Assembly (NCBI GenBank): GCA_016717335.1
Contig: JADKFS010000012.1
Span: 29,421-93,420 of the forward strand
DNA length: 64,000 bases
Direction: 5' to 3'
Source: Candidatus Ribeiella danica
GTDB lineage: Bacteria; Chloroflexota; Chloroflexia; Chloroflexales; Roseiflexaceae
The notes under the pieces are model-generated. The model did no database searches. It was not told the DNA's origin and was given only the letters and a program-made list of their open reading frames with translations. The translations under genes and the position numbers were made by a program. Below, in pieces: positions 9,419-18,375 of the stretch (position 1 is the first letter of the stretch; every line of letters begins with the position of its first letter).

Positions 9419-9596
9419 ATCCGTCGTAGGCCCCGGACCAGCACTCGTTACAAATCGTAAACGAATCTTCTCCCGCAATGATGGCTTCTTTTCTCATGAT
9501 ACCACCGCGGCGGCGTATGATCCGCTATAGGGAGAGCCTATCCCCTTCGCTTCGCTACGTCGGTCTCGCCCTCTCTCTGTGAGGAAGGAGACGTCT

Positions 9597-9662
9597 ATGT
9601 ATCGATCGATCGTAGTTCCGCTGGATGGATCGACGTTCGTGGAGGAACGGTATTGGCTGTAG
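9597..9662 (+). other. 21-codon ORF resembling universal stress protein N-terminus (MYRSIVVPLDGSTFVEERYWL) followed by GC hairpin; gene remnant or leader peptide
   Basis: AGGAAGGAG SD 8 nt upstream of ATG; MYRSIVVPLDGS matches UspA-family start consensus but stops after 21 codons; hairpin gcgcggggagggagcccgcgc follows immediately. Confidence 0.25.
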
Positions 9663-9756
9663 GCGCGGGGAGGGAGCCCGCGCGATCGTTCGGTGCGACG
9701 ATCACCCCAGGGCGAGCCGCCGGAGTGGTTGGTGAGAACATGCGAGGAGGCATCCC

Positions 9757-10317
9757 ATGGATCAAGGCAGAACGCTGGACGAACAGATGCAGGCATGGGC
9801 TGCGCTACAGAAAAAGCTGTGGGAGCGCTGGATCGAGTCCATGCCTGAGCCCAACTCGAAAGTGGCGGCCGACGCCTGGGGGCGAGCGATCGATGGCACG
9901 AAGGTGGCGATGAGCGGCTTCTTCGAGGCGCAGCTGGAGTGGGCCCGCATGTGGGCCACGCTCATGCGCGCCGGGGCCGGCCAGCAGGAGACCGACGAGC
10001 TGACCAACGAGATCGTCACGCTGATCGAGCGCTGGAGCGCGTCGCAGAACGAGCTCTGGGAGACGCTGTTCGCGGCGGTGCGGCGGCTGGAGCCGCAGCT
10101 GCTCGCCACGACCTGGGAGGATGAGCTCTGGAACGTCGGCCAGGCCTGGCAGGATGCCGCTCGCAAGGTGATCGAGGCCCAGATGAGCTGGAACCATGTC
10201 GGGCTGGCCGCGCCGCCGCGCAACGGCTGGCGCAAGCCGCCACTGCTGCGCCCGTCTCTGCGCGTCGCCGAGGCGCACCTATCCAGCAACGGCAATCGCG
10301 AGAACGACAGCGCGTGA
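9757..10317 (+). CDS. Hypothetical protein (Trp/Glu-rich, helical; phasin-like composition)
   Basis: 186-aa ORF with high GC3 and non-low-complexity sequence; no recognisable motif. Confidence 0.5.
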   Translation: MDQGRTLDEQMQAWAALQKKLWERWIESMPEPNSKVAADAWGRAIDGTKVAMSGFFEAQLEWARMWATLMRAGAGQQETDELTNEIVTLIERWSASQNELWETLFAAVRRLEPQLLATTWEDELWNVGQAWQDAARKVIEAQMSWNHVGLAAPPRNGWRKPPLLRPSLRVAEAHLSSNGNRENDSA

Positions 10318-10342
10318 AGCGCTAGCCGAAAGGAGCAGCACA

Positions 10343-10837
10343 ATGACGTGCAAGGACAGGCTGGAGGCATACCTGCGCGACCGGCAGGTACCGTTCGAGA
10401 CGCAGCAGCACCGCCGGGCGTTCACGGCCCAGGGCGTCGCCGCGAGCGAGCACATTCCCGGCAAGCTGGTGGCCAAGGTGGTGATCGTCTTCGCCGATAG
10501 CCGGATGGTGATGCTGGCCCTGCCCGCCTCGCACCGGGTCGACCTCAGCCGGGTCGGCGCGGCGCTGGGGGCCAAGCAGGTCTACCTCGCCGGCGAGCGC
10601 GAGATCGCCCTGGCCTTCCCGGACTGCGACATCGGCGCGATGCCGCCGTTCGGCACGCTGTACAACATCCCGGTGTACGTCGATCAGCTGCTGGCCGAGG
10701 ACGAGACGATCGTGTTCCAGGCCGGCACGCACAGCGACACGATCAGCATGAGCTACGCCGACTTCGCGCGCCTGGTCGCGCCGACCGTCGCGCAGTTCGC
10801 GCGCCACGCGCTCGACCTCGAGCCGTACGTGTGGTAG
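10343..10837 (+). CDS. YbaK/ProX-type aminoacyl-tRNA deacylase domain protein
   Basis: ATG at 10343 after AGGAG SD; 164 aa; pattern KLVAKVVIVFADSRMVMLALPASHRVDLSRVGAALGAK...DCDIGAMPPFG fits YbaK/EbsC editing domain. Confidence 0.7.
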   Translation: MTCKDRLEAYLRDRQVPFETQQHRRAFTAQGVAASEHIPGKLVAKVVIVFADSRMVMLALPASHRVDLSRVGAALGAKQVYLAGEREIALAFPDCDIGAMPPFGTLYNIPVYVDQLLAEDETIVFQAGTHSDTISMSYADFARLVAPTVAQFARHALDLEPYVW

Positions 10838-10840
10838 CAG

Positions 10841-10896
10841 ACCCCCACCTTGGGGAGGTGTGGAGGGGCCGAAGGTCGCTCCACACCTCCCCAAAG
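10841..10896. repeat. Palindromic repeat family B (TTGGGGAGGTGTGGAGGGGCC n CCTCCACACCTCCCCAA)
   Basis: ccccaccttggggaggtgtggaggggccgaaggtcgctccacacctccccaaagg; family recurs at 13316, 14684, 18262. Confidence 0.85.
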
Positions 10897-10911
10897 GTAA
10901 ATAGGAGACCC

Positions 10912-12159
10912 ATGCACTATACGTTCAGCTCGCCCGCGCTGCCGGGCGCGGCCCAGCTCAACCTGCGGCCCGAGGCCACCACGGTGATGCTGGCCAACGA
11001 CCACGTGCTCTCGTTCGACGGCGAGGGCCGCCTGATCACGGCCTACCGCGGCGGGCACCTGTTCAAGCGCGGCCTGGACCAGCGCGTGCTCGAGAAGTGG
11101 CGCCCCTGGGCGATCGGGCGGCCCGAGCACATCCGGCGCGACCTGGCCGAGGACGAGAAGCGCCGCCTGGTCGGCGATGTCCTGGCGACGCTCGGGCAGG
11201 TGCTGGGTGCGCTGCCGGCCGACGCTCCGCCGGCGGCCCGCGCGCGGCTGGAGCGCGCCGCGACCTGGGACGAGCCGGCCTACGCCGAGGATCGCCGGCG
11301 CTTCCAGACGGTCTACAAGCCCGTGCCGATCCTGCCGCCCGACCAGTACCTGGCGATGGTGCTGCAGGCGACCGAGGGCTGCCACTACAACCAGTGCAGC
11401 TTCTGCCACTTCTACCGCGACCGCCCGTTCCACGTCAAGAGCGACGCCGAGCTGCGCGCCCACATCGAGGCGGTGCGCGGCTTTCTCGGGGCGGGGGCGC
11501 GCCTGCGCCGCACGATCTTTCTGGCCGACGCGAACGCGCTGGTGATGCCCGAGCGGCGCCTGGCCGGCGTGTTCGAGGCGATCGGCCAGGCGTTCGAGCT
11601 GGCGCCGGCCGGGATGCGCGGCGCCGCGCTGAGCCGCTGGAAGAGCGAGCACCCGCAGGGCATCGCCGGCATCTACTCGTTCCTGGACGCCTTCACCGGC
11701 AAGCGCAAGACCGAGGGCGAGTTCGAGTACCTGGCCGCGCGCGGGCTGCGGCGGGTCTACATCGGCATGGAGTCGGGCCACGCGCCGCTGCTGGCGTTCC
11801 TACGCAAGCCGAGCATGCCCGCCGACGTGCGCGCCGTGGTGCGGGCCGCCCGCGCGGCCGGCGTCCACGTCGGCGTGATCGTCCTGCTGGGGATCGGCGG
11901 GGACCGCTACGCCCAGGGCCACGTCGACGACACCGTCGCGGTTGTCAACAGCCTGGGGCTCGACTCGCGCGACATCGTGTACTTCTCGGAGTTCGTGGAC
12001 GAGCCGGGCACCGAGTACGGCGCCGACGCGGCGTCCGCCGGCATCCGGGCGCTAACGGGCGCGCAGGTGCGCGCGCAGGCGGCCGCGATCCGGGCCGGGC
12101 TGCGCTTCGAGCAGCCGCCCAAGATCGCGACGTACGACATCCGCGAGTTTATCTATTGA
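10912..12159 (+). CDS. Radical SAM domain protein with non-canonical CX4CX2C cluster motif
   Basis: ATG 10912 after AGGAG; 415 aa; TEGCHYNQCSFCHFY (three Cys spaced x4/x2) plus glycine-rich SAM-binding-like YIGMESG; predicted to be radical-SAM by motif only. Confidence 0.75.
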   Translation: MHYTFSSPALPGAAQLNLRPEATTVMLANDHVLSFDGEGRLITAYRGGHLFKRGLDQRVLEKWRPWAIGRPEHIRRDLAEDEKRRLVGDVLATLGQVLGALPADAPPAARARLERAATWDEPAYAEDRRRFQTVYKPVPILPPDQYLAMVLQATEGCHYNQCSFCHFYRDRPFHVKSDAELRAHIEAVRGFLGAGARLRRTIFLADANALVMPERRLAGVFEAIGQAFELAPAGMRGAALSRWKSEHPQGIAGIYSFLDAFTGKRKTEGEFEYLAARGLRRVYIGMESGHAPLLAFLRKPSMPADVRAVVRAARAAGVHVGVIVLLGIGGDRYAQGHVDDTVAVVNSLGLDSRDIVYFSEFVDEPGTEYGADAASAGIRALTGAQVRAQAAAIRAGLRFEQPPKIATYDIREFIY

Positions 12160-12226
12160 TGCGGCTGGCGCCGGCCTGGGCGCCTCGCCCGCCGGGGCAA
12201 CCGTACGGGCGTTCAGGCAAGGCTCG

Positions 12227-12460
12227 TCACTCCGCGCCGGGCCAAGCCGGCATCCGCGCGGGCGCCATCTCGCGCGTGCCGTCGCCGCCCCGCAGCACGC
12301 GGCGCAGCAGCACCAGCCGGGTCGCGCCGGTGAGCAGCAGCAGCAGCGATATCGACCACAGCCACGCGCCGATGTCGGGGAACAGCAGCAGGCCCTCGGT
12401 CCACGACTGCGCGCCCAGCAGATGGAGCAGCACGCGCGCGCCGATCAGCAGCGCCAGCGG
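12227..12460 (-). CDS. Possible small membrane protein (start uncertain)
   Basis: High-GC3 frame encoding hydrophobic LALLIGARVLLHLLGAQSWTEGLLLFPDIGAWLWSISLLLLLTGA; candidate GTG start; no homolog recognised. Confidence 0.3.
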   Translation of the reverse strand, partial: PLALLIGARVLLHLLGAQSWTEGLLLFPDIGAWLWSISLLLLLTGATRLVLLRRVLRGGDGTREMAPARMPAWPGAE

Positions 12461-12576
12461 CACGCGCGGATCGCGCGGTTGGTCGAGAGTGCGGCCTGCT
12501 CGGTGACTCTGCTTGCGAATCGCATCGTAGTCGCGCCCCACTGAGTCGCAGTGGCCGCGCCAGGGCAACCGCGCCG

Positions 12577-13116
12577 TCACCCCAGGCGGTGCTCGACGAT
12601 AGCGCCCACGATGCTCTGCCCGGCGATATCAATATAGAGCTGCCGCTCCGTGACCGAGAGGGTCATGCGCGTGCGCCGCTCCACGGCGGCAACCAGGGCG
12701 GCCATGACGTGATGCCCGATCGCATAGATCGGAATGTCCTCGGCCCGATGGATGCGCTTGCCCGCCAGCTGCTGCTTGAGCATCGCGGGGTTGCGATGGG
12801 TGTAAATGGCGACCCGGCCCGCCAGCTTGCTCGCCCGATGGAGCCGATCGGCGTCGGGCATGCCAACATCAATCCAGGCGATCATCCGCCCGGTAAGATC
12901 GCGTACCCAGATCGCCGGCTCATCGCCTGCCGCCAGCCCTTGGGTGAACTCAATCCCTTCCGTATACTCAAGGCAGTAGGCCAGCACCCGCGACAGCATA
13001 TATTCCAGTGTCTCCGACGGCTGCTGCGCGACGCGCAGCTCCAGCGTTTCATAGCAGCCCCGGTCCACGTCGGCCAGGTCGATGCTGAAGGTGTAGATCG
13101 TGGCAGTGAGCGCCAT
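12577..13116 (-). CDS. yaeQ: YaeQ family protein
   Basis: Start MALTATIYTFSIDLADVDRGCYETLELRVAQ at 13116; 179 aa; strongly resembles YaeQ N-terminal consensus (MALKATIYKA..L.LSD.DR..YE). Confidence 0.8.
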   Translation of the reverse strand: MALTATIYTFSIDLADVDRGCYETLELRVAQQPSETLEYMLSRVLAYCLEYTEGIEFTQGLAAGDEPAIWVRDLTGRMIAWIDVGMPDADRLHRASKLAGRVAIYTHRNPAMLKQQLAGKRIHRAEDIPIYAIGHHVMAALVAAVERRTRMTLSVTERQLYIDIAGQSIVGAIVEHRLG

Positions 13117-13315
13117 GCGTGTTGTTCGCTCCTGTGCTGAATCGCGCAGCAGAGTGGTGGCCTGCGCGCCAGTTCCGGCAGCGCGCAGCCATTCGTTCGC
13201 GGAGCCCGGCCGGTTGTGCTGGGCTATTGTATCACGGCGGCTCCCGAGAGGCTGCCTGCAACGCTCTTTTACCACCAAGACACGCAGGCGCCAAGGGTGG
13301 AAGCATCCCTTTTAC

Positions 13316-13436
13316 AGTTGGGGAGGTGTGGAGGGCCTTTGGCCCCTCCACACCTCCCCAAGGTGGGGGTCTGGGGGCGGGCAAAGCCCGCCCCCAGACC
13401 CCCACCCTGAACTGTAAGGTTCGCAAGAACCTTGCC
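13316..13436. repeat. Composite: family B palindrome + perfect GC palindrome GGTGGGGGTCTGGGGGCGGGCAAAGCCCGCCCCCAGACCCCCACC + 30-bp module CTGAACTGTAAGGTTCGCAAGAACCTTGC
   Basis: Read directly; the 30-bp module recurs in reverse orientation at 18262-18290. Confidence 0.85.
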
Positions 13437-13464
13437 TGGTTCCTGCTCAGACAGCTTCTGCGAG

Positions 13465-14439
13465 TCAGAGCCCGCCCCGGCGCGCGATCCCGATCAACGC
13501 CGCCTCGCGCTCGGGCGCTAGCGCGGGGGCCGGCAGGTCCTGCCCGAGCATCCAGGCCCGCATGTCCCGCGCGGTAACGTCCGGGTCGGTCAGGGTGAGA
13601 CCCGCAATGCGCGCCCGCTCGCTGCTCACATCCATCAGGCCGCTCCGCTCCCCGCGCTCTGGCCGGAACAGCGGCAGCTCGACGAATGTCAGGCCGGCGG
13701 ACCTGAGGATCTCGGCCGCGACCCAGACGAGGTTCTGCGCGCCAAGGACCTGCATGAACGCCGCCCACGTGAGCCGCGGCCCGGCCAGGTTGAAGCTCCC
13801 GCCCCGATCGGCCTCGATCACCGCTTGCGCGAATCGCGCCAGGTCCCGCGCGTCGATGACTTGCACATGATCGGACCCGTCGCCGGGTGCCAGCATCTCG
13901 CCGCCCCGCATGGCGCGCTGCACCCAGTAGGCGTAGCGGCCGCTCGGATCATGCGGCCCGACGACCACCTGCGGGCGCAGGAGCGTGCAGCGGTCGGCGT
14001 AGACCTGCTGCACAATGTCCTCGCAGGCGACTTTGAGGGCGCCGTAGGTCTCGCCGTTCACGTCGGTCACATCTTCGCCGGCGGGCGGCAGGCGGGGGTG
14101 GGTTTCGTGGACCGGGCGGTCCTGCGGGTCGCCATAGACGCTGACGGCGCTGATAAAGATATAGCGCTGCACGCGCCCGCGCAGCTGCTCGGCGCTTGGC
14201 CGCACCTGCCGCGGCGTGTAGCCGCTCACGTCCACGCACGCGTCCCAGGAGCGACCGGCCAGGGCGTCCAGGCCCGCGGCCCCGGCGTCGCGGTCGCCGC
14301 GCAGCCGCTCCACCTGCGCTGGCAGCGCGTCGGGCGATAGGCCGCGCGTCAGGGTGCTCACGGTGTGCCCGGCCTGCAGCAAGGTCTCCACAATGTGCCG
14401 GCCGACGAACTGGGTGCCGCCAAGGATCAATACACGCAT
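13465..14439 (-). CDS. NAD-dependent epimerase/dehydratase family protein (SDR, NmrA-like)
   Basis: 324 aa; N-terminal Rossmann MRVLILGGTQFVGRHIVETLL; YxxxK-type region YGALKVACE. Confidence 0.8.
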   Translation of the reverse strand: MRVLILGGTQFVGRHIVETLLQAGHTVSTLTRGLSPDALPAQVERLRGDRDAGAAGLDALAGRSWDACVDVSGYTPRQVRPSAEQLRGRVQRYIFISAVSVYGDPQDRPVHETHPRLPPAGEDVTDVNGETYGALKVACEDIVQQVYADRCTLLRPQVVVGPHDPSGRYAYWVQRAMRGGEMLAPGDGSDHVQVIDARDLARFAQAVIEADRGGSFNLAGPRLTWAAFMQVLGAQNLVWVAAEILRSAGLTFVELPLFRPERGERSGLMDVSSERARIAGLTLTDPDVTARDMRAWMLGQDLPAPALAPEREAALIGIARRGGL

Positions 14440-14683
14440 TGCTCGCCTACCCTCCTACGCAGCCATCAGCCGACGCAGCTGCGGTGCGATCTTCGCCGCC
14501 AGCGCTTGAGCTTGATCCCCTCCGCGCGCCCATGGGCGGCGCTACCGGTTTGCGTGGCCCAAGCAATACATGTATAAACCATGAGCGGCTGTTTGCAAAG
14601 GGGCGTTTGGGGGAACTTCGTCCCTCCAAACGCGCGCTCTGCTCTTCAGGCGGGCTCCTAGCAGCTCGTGAATCTGGCGGGTA

Positions 14684-14765
14684 GGGTGTGGGGCGGGCGT
14701 AGCCCGCCCCACACCCTACCTTTGGGAGGTCTGGAGGGGCCAAAGGTCCTCCAGACCTCCCCATC
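14684..14765. repeat. Palindromic repeat family B (with GGGGCGGGCGTAGCCCGCCCC hairpin)
   Basis: gtggggcgggcgtagcccgccccacaccctacctttgggaggtctggaggggccaaaggtcctccagacctcccca. Confidence 0.85.
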
Positions 14766-14787
14766 AAAAGCGATGCGGCACACGCTA

Positions 14788-14815
14788 AAGCCAGTGAGCG
14801 ACTGCCCACTGGCTT
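14788..14815 (-). terminator. Hairpin downstream of membrane-protein gene (AAGCCAGTG-agcgactgccc-ACTGGCTT), possible terminator
   Basis: Inverted repeat 8 bp located 30 bp after stop of 14844..15233; weak U-tract. Confidence 0.3.
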
Positions 14816-14843
14816 CAGGCTATATGCTGCGTCGGGTGTGTCG

Positions 14844-15233
14844 CTACGCGCCCGCGAAGAGATCGAAGAACGGCGGGAAGGTCATCAGGAAGCCCAGCGC
14901 CGTCAACACGCCCGCGACGATCACGTAGGTCTTCAGGTTGACGTCCTTGTCCTTCATCGTGAAATGCGCGACGCCCCACGATAGCAGGAAGGCGATCACC
15001 GCGACCCCGGTCTTGCCGCTCAGCGGGCCGACCGGATTGCTCCAGTTCAATCCATTCTTCAGGCCGACCAGCGCCGGCATCTCCGTGAGCGTGACCAACA
15101 GGCCGAGGACGAAGCACCCGACCCCACCGGCCAGGAATGCCGCCGCCGCCTCACCCGTCGCCACGCGAGTCTCGACCTGCTGCTGCCCCTTGGTGGCGAC
15201 CGTCTTGGGAAGCTGTGTAACTGCCATATCCAT
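14844..15233 (-). CDS. Membrane protein, 3-4 TM helices, unknown function
   Basis: 129 aa; hydrophobic segments AAFLAGGVGCFVLGLLVTL, VAVIAFLLSWGVAHF, VIVAGVLTALGFLMTF. Confidence 0.6.
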   Translation of the reverse strand: MDMAVTQLPKTVATKGQQQVETRVATGEAAAAFLAGGVGCFVLGLLVTLTEMPALVGLKNGLNWSNPVGPLSGKTGVAVIAFLLSWGVAHFTMKDKDVNLKTYVIVAGVLTALGFLMTFPPFFDLFAGA

Positions 15234-15279
15234 ACCTCTTTCGTGATTGCACTATGTTCAGTATCAGCCCGTCGGCAGC

Positions 15280-15810
15280 CTAGTGGATCGGCGCGGCCTT
15301 GGTGATCAGCGCGCCCATCAGGCCCGCGACCGCCGCCGCAGCGAAGGCCAGCACGAAGGTGACCATCAGCGTCTTGCGCAGGAACGGCATCTCGGCCAGC
15401 CGCTTACCGTAGCGCAGCACCACGAAGGCTACCACGGTCGCCAGGATCGGCGCGAACCAGGCGATGTGCTCCTTCCACTCCATCCCAAAGTTGTGCCACT
15501 CGGCCAGGCTCGGGTTGGCGAGCAAGAAGCTGCGCGGGAAGGTAGTCAGGTCGGCGCCCTTCGGCGCGGCGGCGCGATACCACGGGTAGACGATGTAGGT
15601 GCCGGTGAGAACCGTGCCCCAGGCGGCGATCGCCATCAGCCACGTGCCCGAAACGAGGCGAGTCATGCGCTCGCGCAGGCCGGTGACGGTGAGCAGCTCG
15701 GGGCGCAGGCTGTAGAGCCCGGCCAGCCCGCCCGCAAACGCGAGCAGGAATAGCGCGCCAAAGCCCATCCCGTGGATCAGCCCCCAGAATTCGCGATTGG
15801 TGAGTTCCAT
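15280..15810 (-). CDS. Membrane protein, 4-5 TM helices, unknown function
   Basis: Start MELTNREFWGLIHGMGFGALFLLAF at 15810 with AGGAGG SD (track extension rejected); 176 aa. Confidence 0.65.
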   Translation of the reverse strand: MELTNREFWGLIHGMGFGALFLLAFAGGLAGLYSLRPELLTVTGLRERMTRLVSGTWLMAIAAWGTVLTGTYIVYPWYRAAAPKGADLTTFPRSFLLANPSLAEWHNFGMEWKEHIAWFAPILATVVAFVVLRYGKRLAEMPFLRKTLMVTFVLAFAAAAVAGLMGALITKAAPIH

Positions 15811-16083
15811 GGTGCTCCTCCTATACAACGGTGTACAGTACGATCGCGCAGCGCTGTCGGCTGAACCGCGTGGCATCAGTGCCAGCGCATCTCGGTATGT
15901 TCAGTCTCGGGGTCAGTGCCGATTGTCGTTCCGTTGCCGACTCTACTGTACTGCGGCGTCGCCCGAATCAGAAGGGTCATGTCCCCCCTTTTTTCTGGGT
16001 CGAGTGTCCCCTCGCACCGGGCCGATGCTCGGCTATAATGAGCGTTGAGATTCTCTGCCGGGGGGATGTGCGAACGCACAGCT

Positions 16084-17520
16084 ATGATCACCTTTCTGCG
16101 CGACCTGTTTGCCGCCAACCAGACGATCGTCCTGTCGATCTATGGGCAGGTCTTCTTCGTGCTGGGGCTGGCGATCGTGCTGCAATCCTGGCGGCACAGC
16201 CGGCTGACCATGGCCCGCAATCTGCAGTGGTTGGCGGCTTTTGGCCTGACGCACGCGCTGTACGAGTGGGGCGATATCTTCATCCCGATTCAGGCGCAGT
16301 ACGTGTCGGCGCCGCTGCTCGCCTTCCTCCGCAGCCTGCACGCGATCATGCTCGCCGTTTCCTTCGCCTGCCTGTTCCAGTTTGGGGTCGAGGCGCTGCG
16401 GCCCCTGCCCGGCCGCCGGCGCCTGCTGCGCTTGGGGCCGCTCGTGCTGCTGTTCCTCTGGATCGGCTGGGCCTTCGGCCCGGCCCTCGCCGCGGCCCGG
16501 GATCTGCGCGCGTGGAACAGGGATATGATGATCCTGGCGCGCTACACGATCGGGCTGCCGGGCGCGCTGCTGGCGGCCTACGGGCTGTGGCACCAGGCCC
16601 ACCAGATCGCTATTGGCATGCAGATGCCGCACATCCGGCGCGCGCTGCGCCTGGCCGCGCTCGCGCTGGTCGGCTACGGCATCATGGCCGGCCTGGTCGT
16701 GCGGCCGGCGCCGTTCTTTCCGGCGAACGTGCTGAACACCGCTTGGGTGGAGGATCAGCTGCTCATCCCGGTGCCGATCATGCGCGCCCTGTTCGGGCTG
16801 GTGCTGGCGGTGGCGATCATCCGCAGCCTGGAGGCGTTTCAGGTCGAGCTGGACCGCCGGCTGGTCGTCATGGAAGAGGCGCAGGTCCTGGCCACCGAGC
16901 GCGAGCGGATCGGCCGCGAGATTCACGATGGGACGCTGCAGACGATCTATGCGGCCGGTCTGCTGCTGCAGACGGTGGAGCACGACCTGGCGGATAACGC
17001 GCCTCAGCTTCGTACGCGGCTGCACCAGAGCGTGCAGCTGCTCAACCAGGCGGTGACCGAGATTCGCGGCTCGATCGGCACGCTGCGCCCGCTCCCCGAC
17101 GGCCGAAGCTTGACGGCCGGCCTGCAGGAGCTGGCCCGGGATCGCAACCTCCGCGCGCTCATGGATGTCGATCTGATCCTGGACATCCCCGAGGGGCAGG
17201 CCCTGGCGCCCGGCCAGATCGGGCAGCTGCTGGCGATCACCAACGAGGCGCTGAGCAACGTGGCGCGCCATGCGCAGGCGACGCGCGTGCGGCTCACCGC
17301 GGCGGTGCAGGACGGCCGGCTGCGGCTGGAGATTCACGACAACGGGCATGGCCTGGCGGTCGATTATGTCGTCGGGTACGGCCTGCGCAATATGCACGAC
17401 CGCGCGCGCCTGCTGGGCGGCGAGCTGTCGGTACACAGCGGGCCCGGCCACGGCACGCGCGTCGCCGTCGATGTGCCCTGGAGGAAAGAAGATGAGCGAT
17501 TTGCGACTCGTGCTGGTTGA
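16084..17520 (+). CDS. Sensor histidine kinase, NarX/LiaS class (multi-TM sensor, HisKA_3, HATPase_c)
   Basis: ERERIGREIHDGTLQTIYAAGLLLQ H-box (HisKA_3 type); C-terminal NVARHAQATRVRL...LEIHDNGHG...GYGLRNM ATPase motifs; start could be 16045/16066/16084; end overlaps RR start. Confidence 0.8.
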   Translation: MITFLRDLFAANQTIVLSIYGQVFFVLGLAIVLQSWRHSRLTMARNLQWLAAFGLTHALYEWGDIFIPIQAQYVSAPLLAFLRSLHAIMLAVSFACLFQFGVEALRPLPGRRRLLRLGPLVLLFLWIGWAFGPALAAARDLRAWNRDMMILARYTIGLPGALLAAYGLWHQAHQIAIGMQMPHIRRALRLAALALVGYGIMAGLVVRPAPFFPANVLNTAWVEDQLLIPVPIMRALFGLVLAVAIIRSLEAFQVELDRRLVVMEEAQVLATERERIGREIHDGTLQTIYAAGLLLQTVEHDLADNAPQLRTRLHQSVQLLNQAVTEIRGSIGTLRPLPDGRSLTAGLQELARDRNLRALMDVDLILDIPEGQALAPGQIGQLLAITNEALSNVARHAQATRVRLTAAVQDGRLRLEIHDNGHGLAVDYVVGYGLRNMHDRARLLGGELSVHSGPGHGTRVAVDVPWRKEDERFATRAG

Positions 17521-18154
17521 CGATCATCAGGTCGTGCGCCTGGGCCTGCGCGCGCTGCTCGGCAGCGAGCCGGACATCACGGTGGTCGGCGAGGCCGGCA
17601 CGGTGGCCGAGGCGATCGAGGTGGTGGGCCGGCTTCAGCCGGACATCGTGCTGATGGATATTCGCCTGCCGGACCAGAGCGGGATTGCGGCCTGCCAGCA
17701 GGTGCGGCAGCGCTGGCCGGCGGTGCAGGTGCTAATGCTGACCTCCTTCGCCGACGAAGACCTGGTGCTGGATGCGATCAGCGCCGGCGCGGCGGGGTAT
17801 GTGCTGAAGCAGCTGGACACCGACGATCTGGTGCGGGCGGTCCGGGCGGTCGGCCGCGGCGACGCGGTGCTCGATCCAACCGTGACGCGGCAGCTGCTGG
17901 CGCGGGTGCGGCGCGCCGAGCACGACGCCCATGGCGCGGCGTTTCAGGACCTGTCAGAGCGCGAGCTGGCTATTCTCGCACTGGTGGCCGAGGGCAAGAC
18001 CAACGCCGAGATCGCCGCGGCGCTCATCCTGAGCGAGAAGACCGCGCGCAACCACGTCAGTGCCATCCTAGAGAAGTTGGCGCTGACCAATCGCATCGAG
18101 GCGGCGACCTACGCGGTGCGCCACCATATCGAGCGCTTCGTGGCGGAGCGGTAA
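17492..18154 (+). CDS. Two-component response regulator, NarL/FixJ (LuxR-type HTH) family
   Basis: ATG 17492 after GGAGGAAAG; LVLVDDHQVVRLGL...DIVLMDIRLPDQSG receiver; C-terminal LSERELAILALVAEGKTNAEIAAALILSEKTARNHVSAILEKL LuxR HTH. Confidence 0.9.
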   Translation: MSDLRLVLVDDHQVVRLGLRALLGSEPDITVVGEAGTVAEAIEVVGRLQPDIVLMDIRLPDQSGIAACQQVRQRWPAVQVLMLTSFADEDLVLDAISAGAAGYVLKQLDTDDLVRAVRAVGRGDAVLDPTVTRQLLARVRRAEHDAHGAAFQDLSERELAILALVAEGKTNAEIAAALILSEKTARNHVSAILEKLALTNRIEAATYAVRHHIERFVAER

Positions 18155-18261
18155 GCGCGCGCCTCCTCGCGCGCCTGCCCCGACCACGCCCCGCGAGTCC
18201 TTGACAAGCCATCGGCGCGTTGGTAAGATCGTGAACTCAGTTTCTCTACGACAAAGTTCTT

Positions 18262-18350
18262 ACGAATCGTACAGTTCGGAGTGGTGGGCTGGGGCCGCTG
18301 GCCCCTCCAAATCTTGGCGGGTCATGGTGGGGCGGGCCGTAGGCCCGCCC
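18262..18350. repeat. Repeat family B variant (reverse-oriented 30-bp module + GGTGGGGCGGGCCGTAGGCCCGCCCCACC hairpin)
   Basis: caaagttcttacgaatcgtacagttcgg...gtcatggtggggcgggccgtaggcccgccccaccatgcc. Confidence 0.8.
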
Positions 18351-18375
18351 CACCATGCCGAAAAGGAGACTGATA

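Noticed and set aside
12213-12632. 139-aa minus ORF
   Set aside because: Ala/Arg-rich low complexity; only the overlapping hydrophobic frame (12227..12460) has coding-like features, and even that is low confidence.
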